Under the pieces are notes generated by a model. The model ran no database searches, was not told where the DNA came from, and was given only the letters and a program-made list of their open reading frames with translations. The translations under genes and the position numbers were made by a program. Below are positions 1-10,779 of a DNA stretch of 40,562 nucleotides, piece by piece (position 1 is the first letter of the stretch; each line of letters starts with the position of its first letter). The DNA comes from Verrucomicrobiales bacterium. GTDB taxonomy: Bacteria; Verrucomicrobiota; Verrucomicrobiia; Verrucomicrobiales; SLCJ01. Location of the stretch: positions 1 through 40,562 of the forward strand of contig JAGXGH010000005.1 of the NCBI GenBank assembly GCA_024636835.1, in the 5' to 3' direction.

Positions 1-3000
1 GTCTGGATGCCTTCCATTTCCTTGAACTTGAGAAGGTTGGCTTCGGCGCCGGTGGTGAGGGTTTGGCTCTCGCTCTGGTAGTGGTCGATGATGAGTTCGC
101 GGACTTCCTGGTGGGTCATGAGTGGCAGCACTTTTTCTGCGATGCGGTTCATGTTGCGGTAGGACCCTTGGAGCTTGAACGAGGGTTCGGTGCGGTAGGC
201 GTCTTCCTGTGCGGCGGACGCGATGTATTGGAGATTCACCCGCAGTATGGTGTCGCGCACGGTGTAGAGGTGGCGGGTGACTTTGACCATCTCGTCGATC
301 TCGGCGGGCGTGTAGTTGGATTCGAAGTCGACGCCTTCCTGGCTGCCGGATTCGACGATGCGCATGATGGCGTAAACGTCTTTCTGGCTGCGGCTGGAGA
401 GTTTGGAGAGAACGGGGTTGGACGTGAGTGAGTTCTCGACGTAGGACGCTTTGAATGCGGATTCATGGCCGCCGAGGATGTCGCCGAGGTTGTAGGTGTC
501 GGCGCGGTTGGCGAGCATGTCGGGGATCTGGAATTTTCCACCGGACTCGGTGTAGGGGTTGCCCGCCATGACGACGGCGACCTTTTTACCCCGTAGGTCA
601 TAGGTGCGCGCCTTGCCGTTGTAGACACCTTCGATCTTGCGTTGAGCGTCGCAGAGGGAGATGAATTTTTGTAGAAACTCGGTGTTGGTGTGCTGGATGT
701 CGTCGAGATAGATCATCACGTTGTCACCCATCTCGAGTGCGAGGTTGAGTTTGTTGACCTCTTCGCGGGCGGACATGTTCGGTGCCTCGCCGGGGTCGAG
801 GGAAGTGACGCTGTGACCAAGGGCGGGGCCGTTGATCTTCATGAAGGTGAGGCCCAATCTGTTAGCGACGTATTCCATCAAGGTGGTTTTGCCGTAGCCG
901 GGTGGTGAGACGAGCAGGAGCATGCCCATGCGGTCGGTGCGGGTGTCGACTCCGGCGGTGCCGAGCTGCTTGGCAAGGTTGTCGCCGACGATGGGGAGGT
1001 AGACGTCGTTGATGAGTTTGTTGCGGACGAAGGAACTCATGACGCGCGGCTTGAACTCGTCGAGTCGCATGCTGTCGCGCTTGGCTTCGGTGAGACGTTT
1101 TTTCTCCTGCTGGTAATGCTGGAAGGTCGGGACGTCGCGATGCTCGAAGACGCGGAGTTTTTCGAGGATGGCGATGTAGTCGCCCTGATAGGTGGCGTTT
1201 TCGAGGACGCCGTGCGACCCTTTCATGCCGGTGAGGCTGACGGCGGTGGGGACGTCGATGACGAGGCGGTGCTCGTAGCCTCCACGGGCGAGGTGGGCGG
1301 CGGCTTCGAGGAGCCAGACGTTGGACGTGGTGTGGTTGGGTGAGGTGTTGTGGACGTAGTCGGCCGGGAGGGTGGAGGTGTGGTAGCCTGTGAGCCAGTC
1401 GAGGGCGGTGGCGAAGGTGGTTAGGGGTGCTTGGTTGGGTGACTGGAGTTGTGCTTGGCTTGGCGGCTGGAAGCCACCGCCACTTTGGAGCAGTTCGTCG
1501 AACTCGTTGTCGAGGTTCTTTTGGACGAGGAAGGTGCGGAAGGATTTGAGGAGGGCGTGGGCCTCGGCGGAGACGTGGAATTCTTCGGAGGTGGAGAGCT
1601 CGTTGTAGAGGTAGGTGGCCGCAGAGCGGGCGAGTAGCTGGTAGCGGGTAGCGGGAAGCGAGGGTTGGTTTGCGTCGCGTTGCGACGGGGATGTGGTGCC
1701 GCCCGACACGTGCGGATTATAGAGATGGTCGGCAGCTTCCAGGGCGGTGGTGAGTTTTTCGATGAGGTCGGCTTTTTCGCCGTCGGCGGAGAAGGTGGAG
1801 CGCATGCGGCGATGGGATGCCATGCGCTGGGCGAAGTCTTCGCGCCCGGACCAGGTGAGCCAGAAAAGGATGGCCAGGGAACGGATGCGCGGCGGTGAGG
1901 AAAGGACGCCGAGTTTTTCGCGGATGGGAAGGAGGGCCTCGACGATGGCGGTGGCATCGACGTCGTGCACGCCTTTGGTGTAGCCTTCGGCGTAGCGGGT
2001 TTGCATGAAGCGTTGGACGCTTTCGAGTAGCGAGGGGCTGGTAGCTGGTAGGGAGGGGTCCGAGGTGGAGGTTTTTGGTGATTTGGTTGTGGAAGTGGTG
2101 GTGTCATCGCTCGGTGGGCGCGAGGGCGCACCCACTCCGTTGGGGAGCGCAGCGTTGCTGCTTTTTAGAAACTGGTAGGCTAGGTATTCGGCGCGATAGA
2201 CGCCGCGGTTTTCGGAGACGACTTCCTGATCCCAGACGTCGCGGGTGGCGAGGAAGGATTCGTCGGTGATGGCTTCGAAGAAGTTGGTGCCGCCGAGGTG
2301 GAACCCCATGACGTCATCGCGGGCGATGACGGTGAGCTCGAGCTCCTGGGTGTTTACCGAGAATGCGTGTTTGCCGAACTTGAGGACGTTCTGGCCGTCG
2401 ATGAAGAGATCCTTGCGGTCTTTTAAGGCACGGACGGCGTCTTCGCGGATGGTTTTGAGACGGGTTTGGATGTCGTCGGCTTTGACCGACTCGTCCATCC
2501 CGGTGAGCTCGTCGATGATGTCGCGGACTTTGTCGATCATCAGATCGCCGGCGAAGTAGCCGTTGATCTCGTTGATCTCCTTGAACCCGGAGAGACGGTT
2601 TTTGATGCCGCCAAGAATGCGCTCGGCTGATTTGACGAGGGTGTTGGCACGTTTGTTGCGCTTCTCGTTGATCTGCTGCTTGCGGGTATCGAAGGCGGCG
2701 TAAACTTCCTCACGCTTGTCGCCGAGTTCTTCGATGTATTCGTCAAACTCGGCGAAGCGACCTTCCAACTCTTCGAGCTGGACCATGACTTTGGTGAGGT
2801 ATTCGTCGCACTTGTCGGCGGTGTCGCAGAGGTCGAGGTAACTGCTGACGGCTTGGCCGAGCAATTTCACCTGGGCACCGAACTGACCTGCACCTTCAAC
2901 TTTGGAGAGAGCTTTGCGCTTGTTCTTCAGCTCGACGCGGGTGGCGTTGAGCGTGGCGTAGATGGTCGAGATGCTATCGATGATCCTCGTGGTCTCGGTG

Positions 3001-4950
3001 GCGTCTTCGATTTTGAGGTTACTGACCACGTCGATGAGCATTTCCAGCTCGCGCCCGGCATCGTCGATCTCTTTGCCGAGTGCATCGGCGTCGATGACTT
3101 TGGTCAACTTCGACACGGCGGCACCGTTTTCGTTCACCTTGGTGCGGTAGGGGTCGAGCGATTCTTCGAGTAGGAGAAAGTCGACGGTTTTCCCGGAAAC
3201 CATGTCGGTGGCATCGCTGACGCGGTTTTCCAATTGATCGACGAAGTCGGTATCGATGTAGCGCACTTCTCGCAGGCCGATGACTTCACCGCGTAAGGTG
3301 CGCAGTGCGCCGAGTTGTTTGACGAACCCGAGGATATCATCTGGCGGCGAGTGTTCGGCATCGCGCAGTAGACGTTCGGACGACTTGGAGATTTCGGCAA
3401 TCCGGTCGCCGGCTGACTGACGGAGACGGCGGACTTTATCGAACTCGCTGATGGCGGAGTTGGCGGCCTCGTTGATCTGTTTGAGCGGTTCTGCGAGGTT
3501 GTGGGCTTCCGGTTTGGCAACCCAGAAATAGGCGTCGATGACATCGCCAGTGCGCTTGACCAGATCGATGTAGAGATCGCCAAACGAGTCGTCCTTGGCG
3601 AGGAGTGTGAGGATTTCCCGGCAATCCGCCATCGCGCTGACGAGGTCGGGGTTACCGATTTTCGCGAGGAAGGAGTCGCTGCTCGTTTGCTGTGAAACGA
3701 CGGCTTCATCGCTGAGATACGGCGTCTGCCAAACTTGTAGCGTATGGTATTTCTGCGGTTGGTCTTCGGTTTTGAAGTAGATGAGCTCGCCGCTATCGAA
3801 GACGGAGTACCCGCTGCAAAGCACCGGGTTGTCGATGCCGCGTTGGATGAGGTTGTAGCTGAGCAAGACGTAGTCGCCGGTCTCGCGGTTGTAGAAAACG
3901 AACAGCGTGTCCTCGCCATTGGCGGAGATGACACGACGCTCGAAGCGCATGTTGAACAAGCCGTGATCGAAGGTTTTTTTCTCACCACTAAGCAAGTAGT
4001 AGCCGTTGGCGAAGATAACGCCGTGATCGTCCGGGAGGAGGACGCAGGAATCTCCGATGGCATCGATGCGTGTGACCTCGCTGGTCTTTTCGTTGAAGAT
4101 GAAGTGGCGGGTTTTTTCCTCGCGGTAGGGACGGATGCGAAGAAGGACGAGGTGGCCAATCACGGCGTAGTCGATCTCGGCGTCGTCGAGGGTTTGGTCG
4201 ACCTCGTCGACGGGCTCTGAGTAGATGCCAGCGCCGTCGGAGGTGTTGTCTTCGATTTTGATGGTGAGATCGCCGCCGACGGTTTCGACGAAGACTCTGT
4301 CCTCGATGGAGACGTGTGGGAACTCGCCTGACCGCTGCATGTCGCGGTTGGCGCGTTTCCAATCGAACTCGTGCTGAGCGGGGAAGGAATATTCGTGGTC
4401 GAAGCGGTTGCCGAGGTATTCGAGTGTGCCGTCGCCTTTGACGAGCCACTTGAAGGTCTTGATGTCGGTGACCTCGCGACCGATCCGCATCGCCATATAG
4501 AGGTTTGGCCCGATGCTGCGGAATTTTACGAACGAGGTGTTTTTGTAGTATTTGTAGAGGTAGCCGAAATCCTCTGCGAAGGTGCCGCTGCCCGCTCGGC
4601 CGGTGAGCACGGATTCAGGCTCGACTACAGTGAATGTGTGCGAACTACGATCGTAGTCGTAGACGTCGAACACATCGCGAATATCGGTGGTTTGTTTGAG
4701 TCCGAACTGAATGTTGTAACCAAAGATAAACCGCCCTTTTCCGATGGGCACCATGTCGCGCGGAACGCAGTTGTGATCGGTGGTGATACGCTCGGTGGCG
4801 ATCAACGCGGACTCGACGGCGCCGAAGAGGTCGCGGCGGTCGGCGTTGAGAGCATCGAGACGCTCGCGGAGAACCACGGCGTGTTTATCCAGACGGGCAC
4901 GAATGACTTCGTAGGCGCCGCCTTCTAGTTGGTTGGTGGAGTCGGGCATT
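1..4950 (-). CDS. Giant AAA+ (AAA_5/MoxR-type) ATPase-domain protein, more than 1650 aa. The 3' end (C-terminus) is cut off by the window start; the ATG is at 4950..4948.
   Basis: Hand translation of the minus strand gives an uninterrupted reading frame from the ATG at 4948-4950, which sits directly after an in-frame TAA, down to nt 1 (1650 codons). Walker A 'MGMLLLVSPPGYGKTTLMEYVANRLG' lies at forward ~870-950. Walker B is 'VMIYLDDIQH'. The sensor region 'VAVVMAGNPYTESGGKFQIPDMLANRADTYNLGD' is the MoxR/AAA_5 signature. A Thr/Ser/Pro low-complexity linker lies at forward ~2040-2130. The plus-strand ORFs in the track (63..431, 3744..4220, 4371..4928) have the V/D/G/F-rich composition of antisense artefacts. 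Confidence 0.75.
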
Positions 4951-5064
4951 TAGGAGGAGATAGTTACTGCACACGAGTGGAAAAAGGCGGGATTGACCGC
5001 GAAAAACGCTGAACACGCGAAAGGAAGGCAGGGTTGGGTATGTGAGAAACTTTTTGAAGTTCGT

Positions 5065-5508
5065 CTAGCTTTGGAGACGGGGTGGAGATGCGTTGGGAAT
5101 TGGATGTTTTGTTTCTAGGACGATGCGTTCCCATTCTAACTTTGGGTAATGCCCGAAGTTGAGGAGGATGCCAAGTTTGAGACCGGTTGCCCTTAGGTAG
5201 TTTTGAATTTGGGCGCGGTGTTCGTCGTTAAGCTTGCTAACAGATTTGAGCTCTAAGATGATTTTTTGGTAGGCGATGAAATCTGGGCGCAAAAATTGGG
5301 TAAGTTTCTGACCCTTGTATTCGAGTTCAACTTTAGGCTCATGCACGGCGGGAATTTTCTGAAGTGAAAACTCCCGCCCCAGACATTCGTGATAGATGGG
5401 TTCACTCATTCCGCAGCCCCTTTCTCGGTATACTTCGAAGCAGGCTCCCATAATGGAGTAACTCTCTTCTTTGTATAGGAGGCTCATCGGCTTGTTTTCA
5501 TCGTTCAT
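5065..5508 (-). CDS. GxxExxY family protein (PD-(D/E)xK nuclease-like small protein). Its GC is clearly lower than the flanks.
   Basis: 147 aa. The motif 'MGACFEVYRERGCG' matches the GxxExxY signature near the N-terminus. The ATG at 5506-5508 was verified. GC is ~45% against ~60% in the surroundings. Confidence 0.8.
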   Translation of the reverse strand: MNDENKPMSLLYKEESYSIMGACFEVYRERGCGMSEPIYHECLGREFSLQKIPAVHEPKVELEYKGQKLTQFLRPDFIAYQKIILELKSVSKLNDEHRAQIQNYLRATGLKLGILLNFGHYPKLEWERIVLETKHPIPNASPPRLQS

Positions 5509-5549
5509 AAACTTTCGCGTAATCGGCGTATTTCGCGGTCAGTCTTCAC

Positions 5550-7592
5550 CTACCCTTTCAGCACCTCGGACGCTTTGGCGTCCTTGAGGCCGAATTTTTC
5601 GGCGGCTCCTAGGAGGCCGATGAGTTCGTTGCGGGTGTTGCCGTCGGCTAGTGGGATCATCTTGCCGAGGAGGGCGGCGACGCTGAGGTTTTTGATGTCC
5701 TCGCTGGCGATGCCAAACTGGCTGGTCCAGTCCTTGATCTTGGCGCGGAAGTATTCCGGGTCGCCGTTGAAGAAGGTGTCCTTGACGTCTTCGAGCACGC
5801 GGCTGTTGTTGACCAGGCGGTCGACCGCTTTGCCGTTGGTGATCGCATTGGTGATGCGGTCGAAGAACTGAGTCTCGCCACCGACGATGTCGATGTTCGA
5901 GTGTTTGAGCGCTTCGCCAACGACGATCGCTTGCTGCTCGGCAATCTGACGATGAACGTCGATTCCTGCGAGTTCCACGGCCTTCTCTTTTTCGAGCTTG
6001 AGCTTGAACTCTTCGTGCTCTTGACCGGCTTCTTCGAAGAGCTTCATGGCGTCGGCCTTCTGCTTGATCGCATCGGCATCTGCCGAGCCCTTGGCGCGGA
6101 CCACTTCGGCTTCGCCCATTCCGACTGCGGCGGATTCCTTGGCAATCGCTTCGGCGAGTTCTATTTTTGCTGCGGCCACTTTGGTCGAGGCGGTTTGTTC
6201 GGCTTCGGCTCCGATGATGAGCTCTTCAGCTTTCATCTCGGCAGCTGACTTGGATGCTTCAGCGGCCTTGGTGACGTTGTAGGCTTCCTCCTCGGCTTTG
6301 AGTTTTGCAGCGGCTTTACGTGCTTCGGCGAGTTGGGTTTCGCGAATGAGGATGTCCTGGGCATCCGCTTCGGCAAGGGTGACCTTGACCTGCTTCTCAC
6401 GATCGGCACCAGCGAAGGCTTCGGTGTCCTTGATGCGCTCTTGCTCGATGACGACGGTCTTTTCAAGCGCAACGCGATCCTTGATCACTTCCTGAATATT
6501 CTTCCGCTCGATCTCGAGGGCCTTCTCTTTTTCGATCTGCTTGAGCTCGGTGACGCGTTCGCGCTCGATGGATTCAAGCATACGCTCGCGTTCCACGCGC
6601 TCGAGTTCGACGCCGTCGGTGCGCTCTTTGTTGCGTAGGGCAACGAGGACTTGGCGCTGCTTGTTTTCTTCGGCGATCTGCAAATCTTCGTCGGCACTGA
6701 TGCGTGCACGCTCGGACTTCTGACGCTCTTCTTCGCGAACTTTCGCGGTTTCTGCCTCTTCGCGAGCTTGGACGATCTTGACTTCGCGTTGTTGGCGGGC
6801 TTCGGTCTCGGCCAGTTGACGCTCGAGTTCGAGGATGGCCTCGCGGGCTTCGACGTCCTGTTGCTTGATGACCTTTTCCTTATCGCGTTGGATGTGGTTG
6901 GAAAGTTTGGCCTGGCTGGCAGTGAGCTCGTGGATCTTCTTAATACCCTGGGCATCGAGAATGTTGTCCGGATCGAGCATTTCGATCGGCGTTTGCTCGA
7001 GGTAATCAATCGCGGCGTCATCGAGGACGAAGCCGTTGAGGTTGGTTCCGATCACTTTGATGATGTCGTCACGGAAGGTATCGCGCTCTTCATAAAGCTC
7101 CGAGAAATCGAATCGCTTACCGACTGTTTTCAAGGCTTCGGAGAACTTGGCATCGAAGAGTGCGCGGATTTCCTCTTCCGAGGAGGCTCGTGCACAACCG
7201 ATCGACTCGGCGACGCGCAACACGTCGTTTGTCACATTGTTCACGCGGACGAAAAACGCGACTTTGATGTCGGCACGGAGGTTGTCCTTACAGATCAGAC
7301 CGTTCTTTCCGGTGCGGTCGACCTCGAGGCGTTTGACGGAAATGTCCATCATCTCGCCGCGATGGATGACCGGGTATACGGCGAGGCCGGTGAATGTCAC
7401 CTTGGTCTCACCGATGCCGGTGCGGATCAGAGCGGTGCCCTTTTCCACTTTTCGGAAAACACTGGCGTAAAACGCCAGGAATCCGATGATCAGAATGACG
7501 ACACACGCTATGGCGATCGTGAAGACTCCGCCCGGAACGGTAAGGGCGATTATTTGATGGGACGCGAGGTCCGCGGTTATTGCGCTATTCAT
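5550..7592 (-). CDS. yqiK: Flotillin family (SPFH/band-7) membrane protein, YqiK-like
   Basis: 680 aa with an N-terminal TM helix, an SPFH core (...GTALIRTGIGETKVTFTGLAVYPVIHRGEMMDISVKRLEV...) and a long Glu/Ala/Arg-rich coiled coil. It sits immediately downstream of a YqiJ/NfeD-like gene, as in E. coli yqiJK. Confidence 0.9.
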   Translation of the reverse strand: MNSAITADLASHQIIALTVPGGVFTIAIACVVILIIGFLAFYASVFRKVEKGTALIRTGIGETKVTFTGLAVYPVIHRGEMMDISVKRLEVDRTGKNGLICKDNLRADIKVAFFVRVNNVTNDVLRVAESIGCARASSEEEIRALFDAKFSEALKTVGKRFDFSELYEERDTFRDDIIKVIGTNLNGFVLDDAAIDYLEQTPIEMLDPDNILDAQGIKKIHELTASQAKLSNHIQRDKEKVIKQQDVEAREAILELERQLAETEARQQREVKIVQAREEAETAKVREEERQKSERARISADEDLQIAEENKQRQVLVALRNKERTDGVELERVERERMLESIERERVTELKQIEKEKALEIERKNIQEVIKDRVALEKTVVIEQERIKDTEAFAGADREKQVKVTLAEADAQDILIRETQLAEARKAAAKLKAEEEAYNVTKAAEASKSAAEMKAEELIIGAEAEQTASTKVAAAKIELAEAIAKESAAVGMGEAEVVRAKGSADADAIKQKADAMKLFEEAGQEHEEFKLKLEKEKAVELAGIDVHRQIAEQQAIVVGEALKHSNIDIVGGETQFFDRITNAITNGKAVDRLVNNSRVLEDVKDTFFNGDPEYFRAKIKDWTSQFGIASEDIKNLSVAALLGKMIPLADGNTRNELIGLLGAAEKFGLKDAKASEVLKG

Positions 7593-7645
7593 TGGATGTG
7601 TTGGATTGAGTTTGTGTTGGAGTTAAAGGGGTCGGTGGTGTTGGA

Positions 7646-8311
7646 TTAGTCAATGTTGGTTTCGCTGCCGATGCGGCGGGCGAGATAAGTTCCGGTTTCC
7701 TTGTCACAGGCGAAGAGCACCACATGCTCACCACGATGGACTGGGTCGCCGGTTGAGAGTTTGGCGCTGAGGAGTGCCGGTGCGCCGTGCTCACGCGGCA
7801 CCTCGACCTGGCCGCCGTTTTCGTCGAGAGTCAGCGAAACAACCAAGGCTTCGCGACCGAAGACGGGTTCTTGGTCGTTTTCACCTCGACGCAGCGCCTT
7901 GAATAGCGGGCGTAGCGGTTGAGTGATGAGTTTTGCCAAAGTTACACCGACAATGAACGACCCGGCGCAGATCGCGCCTGCGAGCAGGTTGTTTTGATCC
8001 GGATTGACTACCGATGTCGTGATCACGCTGGTGACCCACATGGTGAGGAACAGAATAGTCAACACGATCATCAGCGGCACTTCGGACGCGTTCATGAATC
8101 GCAAGGTTTGACCAACGATGCTGTCGGCAAAGTTGCTTCCGCCAACGTCAGCGTCGACATCAATGTCAACGTCGTTGTCAAAATCGAAGTCCAAGAAATC
8201 GAAGTCGAGCAAGCCGATGATGTTTAGCAGCCAGTAGAGCATGCAGAACCCCAAGAGAAGGGTGATAGGCATGATCCATGGAGAGGTTGAGAGTTCCCAG
8301 ATTTCTTTCAC
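7646..8311 (-). CDS. yqiJ: YqiJ/NfeD-like inner-membrane protein, the partner of flotillin. The start is ambiguous: GTG at 8311 or ATG at 8272.
   Basis: 221 aa with two hydrophobic helices, a poly-acidic DFDFLDFDFDNDVDIDVDAD linker, and a C-terminal soluble beta-rich (OB-like) domain. It is in an operon with the flotillin gene. Confidence 0.65.
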   Translation of the reverse strand: MKEIWELSTSPWIMPITLLLGFCMLYWLLNIIGLLDFDFLDFDFDNDVDIDVDADVGGSNFADSIVGQTLRFMNASEVPLMIVLTILFLTMWVTSVITTSVVNPDQNNLLAGAICAGSFIVGVTLAKLITQPLRPLFKALRRGENDQEPVFGREALVVSLTLDENGGQVEVPREHGAPALLSAKLSTGDPVHRGEHVVLFACDKETGTYLARRIGSETNID

Positions 8312-8567
8312 ACTACCGATATAAGGCAGTGTTAGGAATGATGCCTACTACAAAAGACTAGGAAATTTGGAATGGAGCATGATTTTTTGGTAGCATGGGC
8401 ACTTTGGGAGATTGGCGGGTTCTGAGGTGGTTTGGAAGGTGTTTGGGCAGTTGATAGGTCTTATCAGTCCTATAGGATCTATTTGTGTTGTTAGAGATTT
8501 TGGGTTGCTTGGTCGTTGGCTCAGGGTTGCTATTGCTTGGGCGGGTGGGCTAGGGTCGCTGACCTTG

Positions 8568-10724
8568 ATGTCTGACGACCTTCCATCCATCCGAGCTGAT
8601 CAGGCGCTTGCTGATTTGCCTTCATTACCTGCGAAACTTCGCCAGGCGATGGATGAGTGTGGGTGGCGGACGGTCGCGGATGTGTTGAACCATTTGCCGC
8701 GTCGCTATGAGGACAGGCGGCGGTTTGAGCGCTTTCCGGCGGACCCGGGCGAGGCCGCGGTGACCTTGCATGTGATCGTCGATGACGTGCGGACGCTTCG
8801 CTTTGGATCGAAGCGGCGGATTTTTGAGGCAACATTGGTTCCCGGCGAGTCGGGCGGGATGCCAGGGCAGCAGATCACCGCCCGGTGGTTCAATTTACCG
8901 TTCATGAGCAAGGTGATAGCGGTCGACCAACAGCTGATCGTTCACGGCAAGGTGAAGTTGGTGGGAAAACGACTCGTTATCGATCATCCGGAGACAGAAG
9001 TTATCGTGAGTGGAAGCGAGTTGGAAGCCGACCCGGTTTCGCGGTCGGTTCATCTGCGCCGTATCGTGCCGGTCTATCCTTTGTCGAATGGTCTGCAGCA
9101 ACGTCCGCTACGCGAATTTATCTTCGAAATGCTCAGTCGTATTGACCCCGAGGATACGAGCTTTCCCGATCGTGTTCCCGCCGATGCGTGGACGGAGGAT
9201 GCGGAAAACGTGGTGGAACGGAAGCCTGCTGTTGAGCTCTATCGCGCCGCGCATTTCCCGCCGGATATGGAAGCGATGGACGCCGCGCGGCGGGTGTTGG
9301 CTTTGGGGGATTTGTTCCTGCATCAGGTGCATGTGGTGGATAGAAAACGCCACCACCGCGCGCTCGACGGCAAGCGTCATGCTGGTCGTGGTGTGCTGTT
9401 GAAAACTTTTGCCGATGCCTTGCCGTTCGCACTGACGGGTGCGCAGACGCGTGCGGTGCGTGAAATTCGAAACGATTTGAAGTCGGATCAGCCGATGAAC
9501 CGATTACTCCAAGGCGACGTGGGTTCCGGAAAAACGGCGGTGGCAATGGCTGCCGCGATGTTGGTGGTCGAGGACGGTTGGCAGGTGGCGGTGATGGCTC
9601 CGACGCAGATCCTCGCCGAGCAGCATTTTCTCAACTTTCGCAAGGTGATGGAACCGCTGGGGATTCGTATTTCACTGCGTACTGGTGCGGGGATTCAACA
9701 CAGCCACGATGACGAGGAAGATGCGCAAATCGTTATCGGCACGCATGCGCTGCTTTTTGATAACGACGAGCTACTGCGTCGCGATTCCCTGGGGCTGGTG
9801 ATCGTCGATGAGCAGCATAAGTTCGGCGTGGCGCAGCGTGCGCGTTTGAAGGAAGCCGGCGAGACGACGTCGGTGCCGGATGTGTTGGTGATGACTGCCA
9901 CCCCCATTCCGCGCACTTTGCAGATGACTGTTTACGGGGATCTGGATGTGTCGATTATCGATGAGCTTCCGGCGGGTCGAGGGAAGATTATCACGGGCAT
10001 TCGTGTAGCGCCGAAAGTCAGTGAAGTGACGGCATTTCTCAAAGAACAGCTCGAGCTCGGTAGGCAGGCCTACTTCGTTTATCCTTTGGTTGAGGAGTCG
10101 GAATCGAGCGATGCAAAAGCGGCGACGACGGCGCATGTCGAGTGGGCGAAGCGTTTGTCGAAATATGAAGTCGGGCTGCTCACTGGTCGGATGTCTGGCG
10201 AAGAAAAGGACGCAGTGATGACGCGGTTCCGCCGTGGTGAAATTGATCTGCTGGTGAGCACGACGGTGATCGAGGTGGGTGTCGATGTGTCGAACGCTAG
10301 CGTGATGGTTGTGCACGATGCGAACCGCTTTGGTCTCGCGCAGTTGCATCAGTTGCGTGGGCGGATCGGGCGGGGCGAGCACAAGTCTTATTGTGTGTTG
10401 TTGCTCGATAAGAAGCACCGTGAGTCAGCTGGGAAGTTGGCGATCCTTGCGGAGACGCGCGATGGGTTTCGGATTGCGGAAGAAGATCTACGCCAGCGTG
10501 GCCCCGGTGATGCGCTGGGCACGGCGCAGTCGGGATTGCCTGATCTACCAGCGAGCACGCGGGCGTATCTCGGCGATACGCGATTACTTGTCGCCGCTCG
10601 CGGCATGGCGGAAGCTTTATTTGATGCTGATCCAGACTTGGGCAACCCGGCGCACGTGAATATCCGCGAGGAACTTATTCGTCAAGGCGATCCGCTGGGT
10701 AGTCGGTTTGCGCATATTGGTTAG
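8568..10724 (+). CDS. recG: ATP-dependent DNA helicase RecG. The track ORF starts at 8412, but the ATG at 8568 is the more plausible start.
   Basis: Helicase motif I 'GDVGSGKTAVA', motif II 'VIVDEQHKFGV', and 'LVMTATPIPRTL'. The C-terminal 'VHDANRFGLAQLHQLRGRIGRG' is typical of RecG/Mfd-type SF2 helicases. The extra 52 N-terminal residues from 8412 are hydrophobic and atypical. Confidence 0.9.
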   Translation: MSDDLPSIRADQALADLPSLPAKLRQAMDECGWRTVADVLNHLPRRYEDRRRFERFPADPGEAAVTLHVIVDDVRTLRFGSKRRIFEATLVPGESGGMPGQQITARWFNLPFMSKVIAVDQQLIVHGKVKLVGKRLVIDHPETEVIVSGSELEADPVSRSVHLRRIVPVYPLSNGLQQRPLREFIFEMLSRIDPEDTSFPDRVPADAWTEDAENVVERKPAVELYRAAHFPPDMEAMDAARRVLALGDLFLHQVHVVDRKRHHRALDGKRHAGRGVLLKTFADALPFALTGAQTRAVREIRNDLKSDQPMNRLLQGDVGSGKTAVAMAAAMLVVEDGWQVAVMAPTQILAEQHFLNFRKVMEPLGIRISLRTGAGIQHSHDDEEDAQIVIGTHALLFDNDELLRRDSLGLVIVDEQHKFGVAQRARLKEAGETTSVPDVLVMTATPIPRTLQMTVYGDLDVSIIDELPAGRGKIITGIRVAPKVSEVTAFLKEQLELGRQAYFVYPLVEESESSDAKAATTAHVEWAKRLSKYEVGLLTGRMSGEEKDAVMTRFRRGEIDLLVSTTVIEVGVDVSNASVMVVHDANRFGLAQLHQLRGRIGRGEHKSYCVLLLDKKHRESAGKLAILAETRDGFRIAEEDLRQRGPGDALGTAQSGLPDLPASTRAYLGDTRLLVAARGMAEALFDADPDLGNPAHVNIREELIRQGDPLGSRFAHIG

Positions 10725-10779
10725 TGATCGCCTAGACAATCCGATTGACCCGTGGCGATAGACTACTGACCATTCTATT

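Noticed and set aside
236-4449. Minus-strand track ORFs 236..628, 1421..2131, 3134..4159, 3988..4449 (P/S/T/R-rich)
   Set aside because: These are off-frame relative to the real giant ORF. They are low-complexity Pro/Ser/Arg-rich translations characteristic of the wrong frame in GC-rich DNA.
63-4928. Plus-strand track ORFs 63..431, 690..908, 1116..1343, 3744..4220, 4371..4928 and others
   Set aside because: Their V/D/G/E/F/A-rich composition is typical of antisense frames of a high-GC gene. The minus strand carries one continuous 1650-codon ORF with AAA+ motifs covering the same region.
8412-8567. The N-terminal 52-codon extension of recG from track start 8412
   Set aside because: The extension is hydrophobic and Trp/Gly-rich and unlike RecG N-termini. 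The ATG at 8568 followed by 'MSDDLPSIRADQALADLPSLP' is the more plausible start. It may be real if this RecG has an unusual leader.
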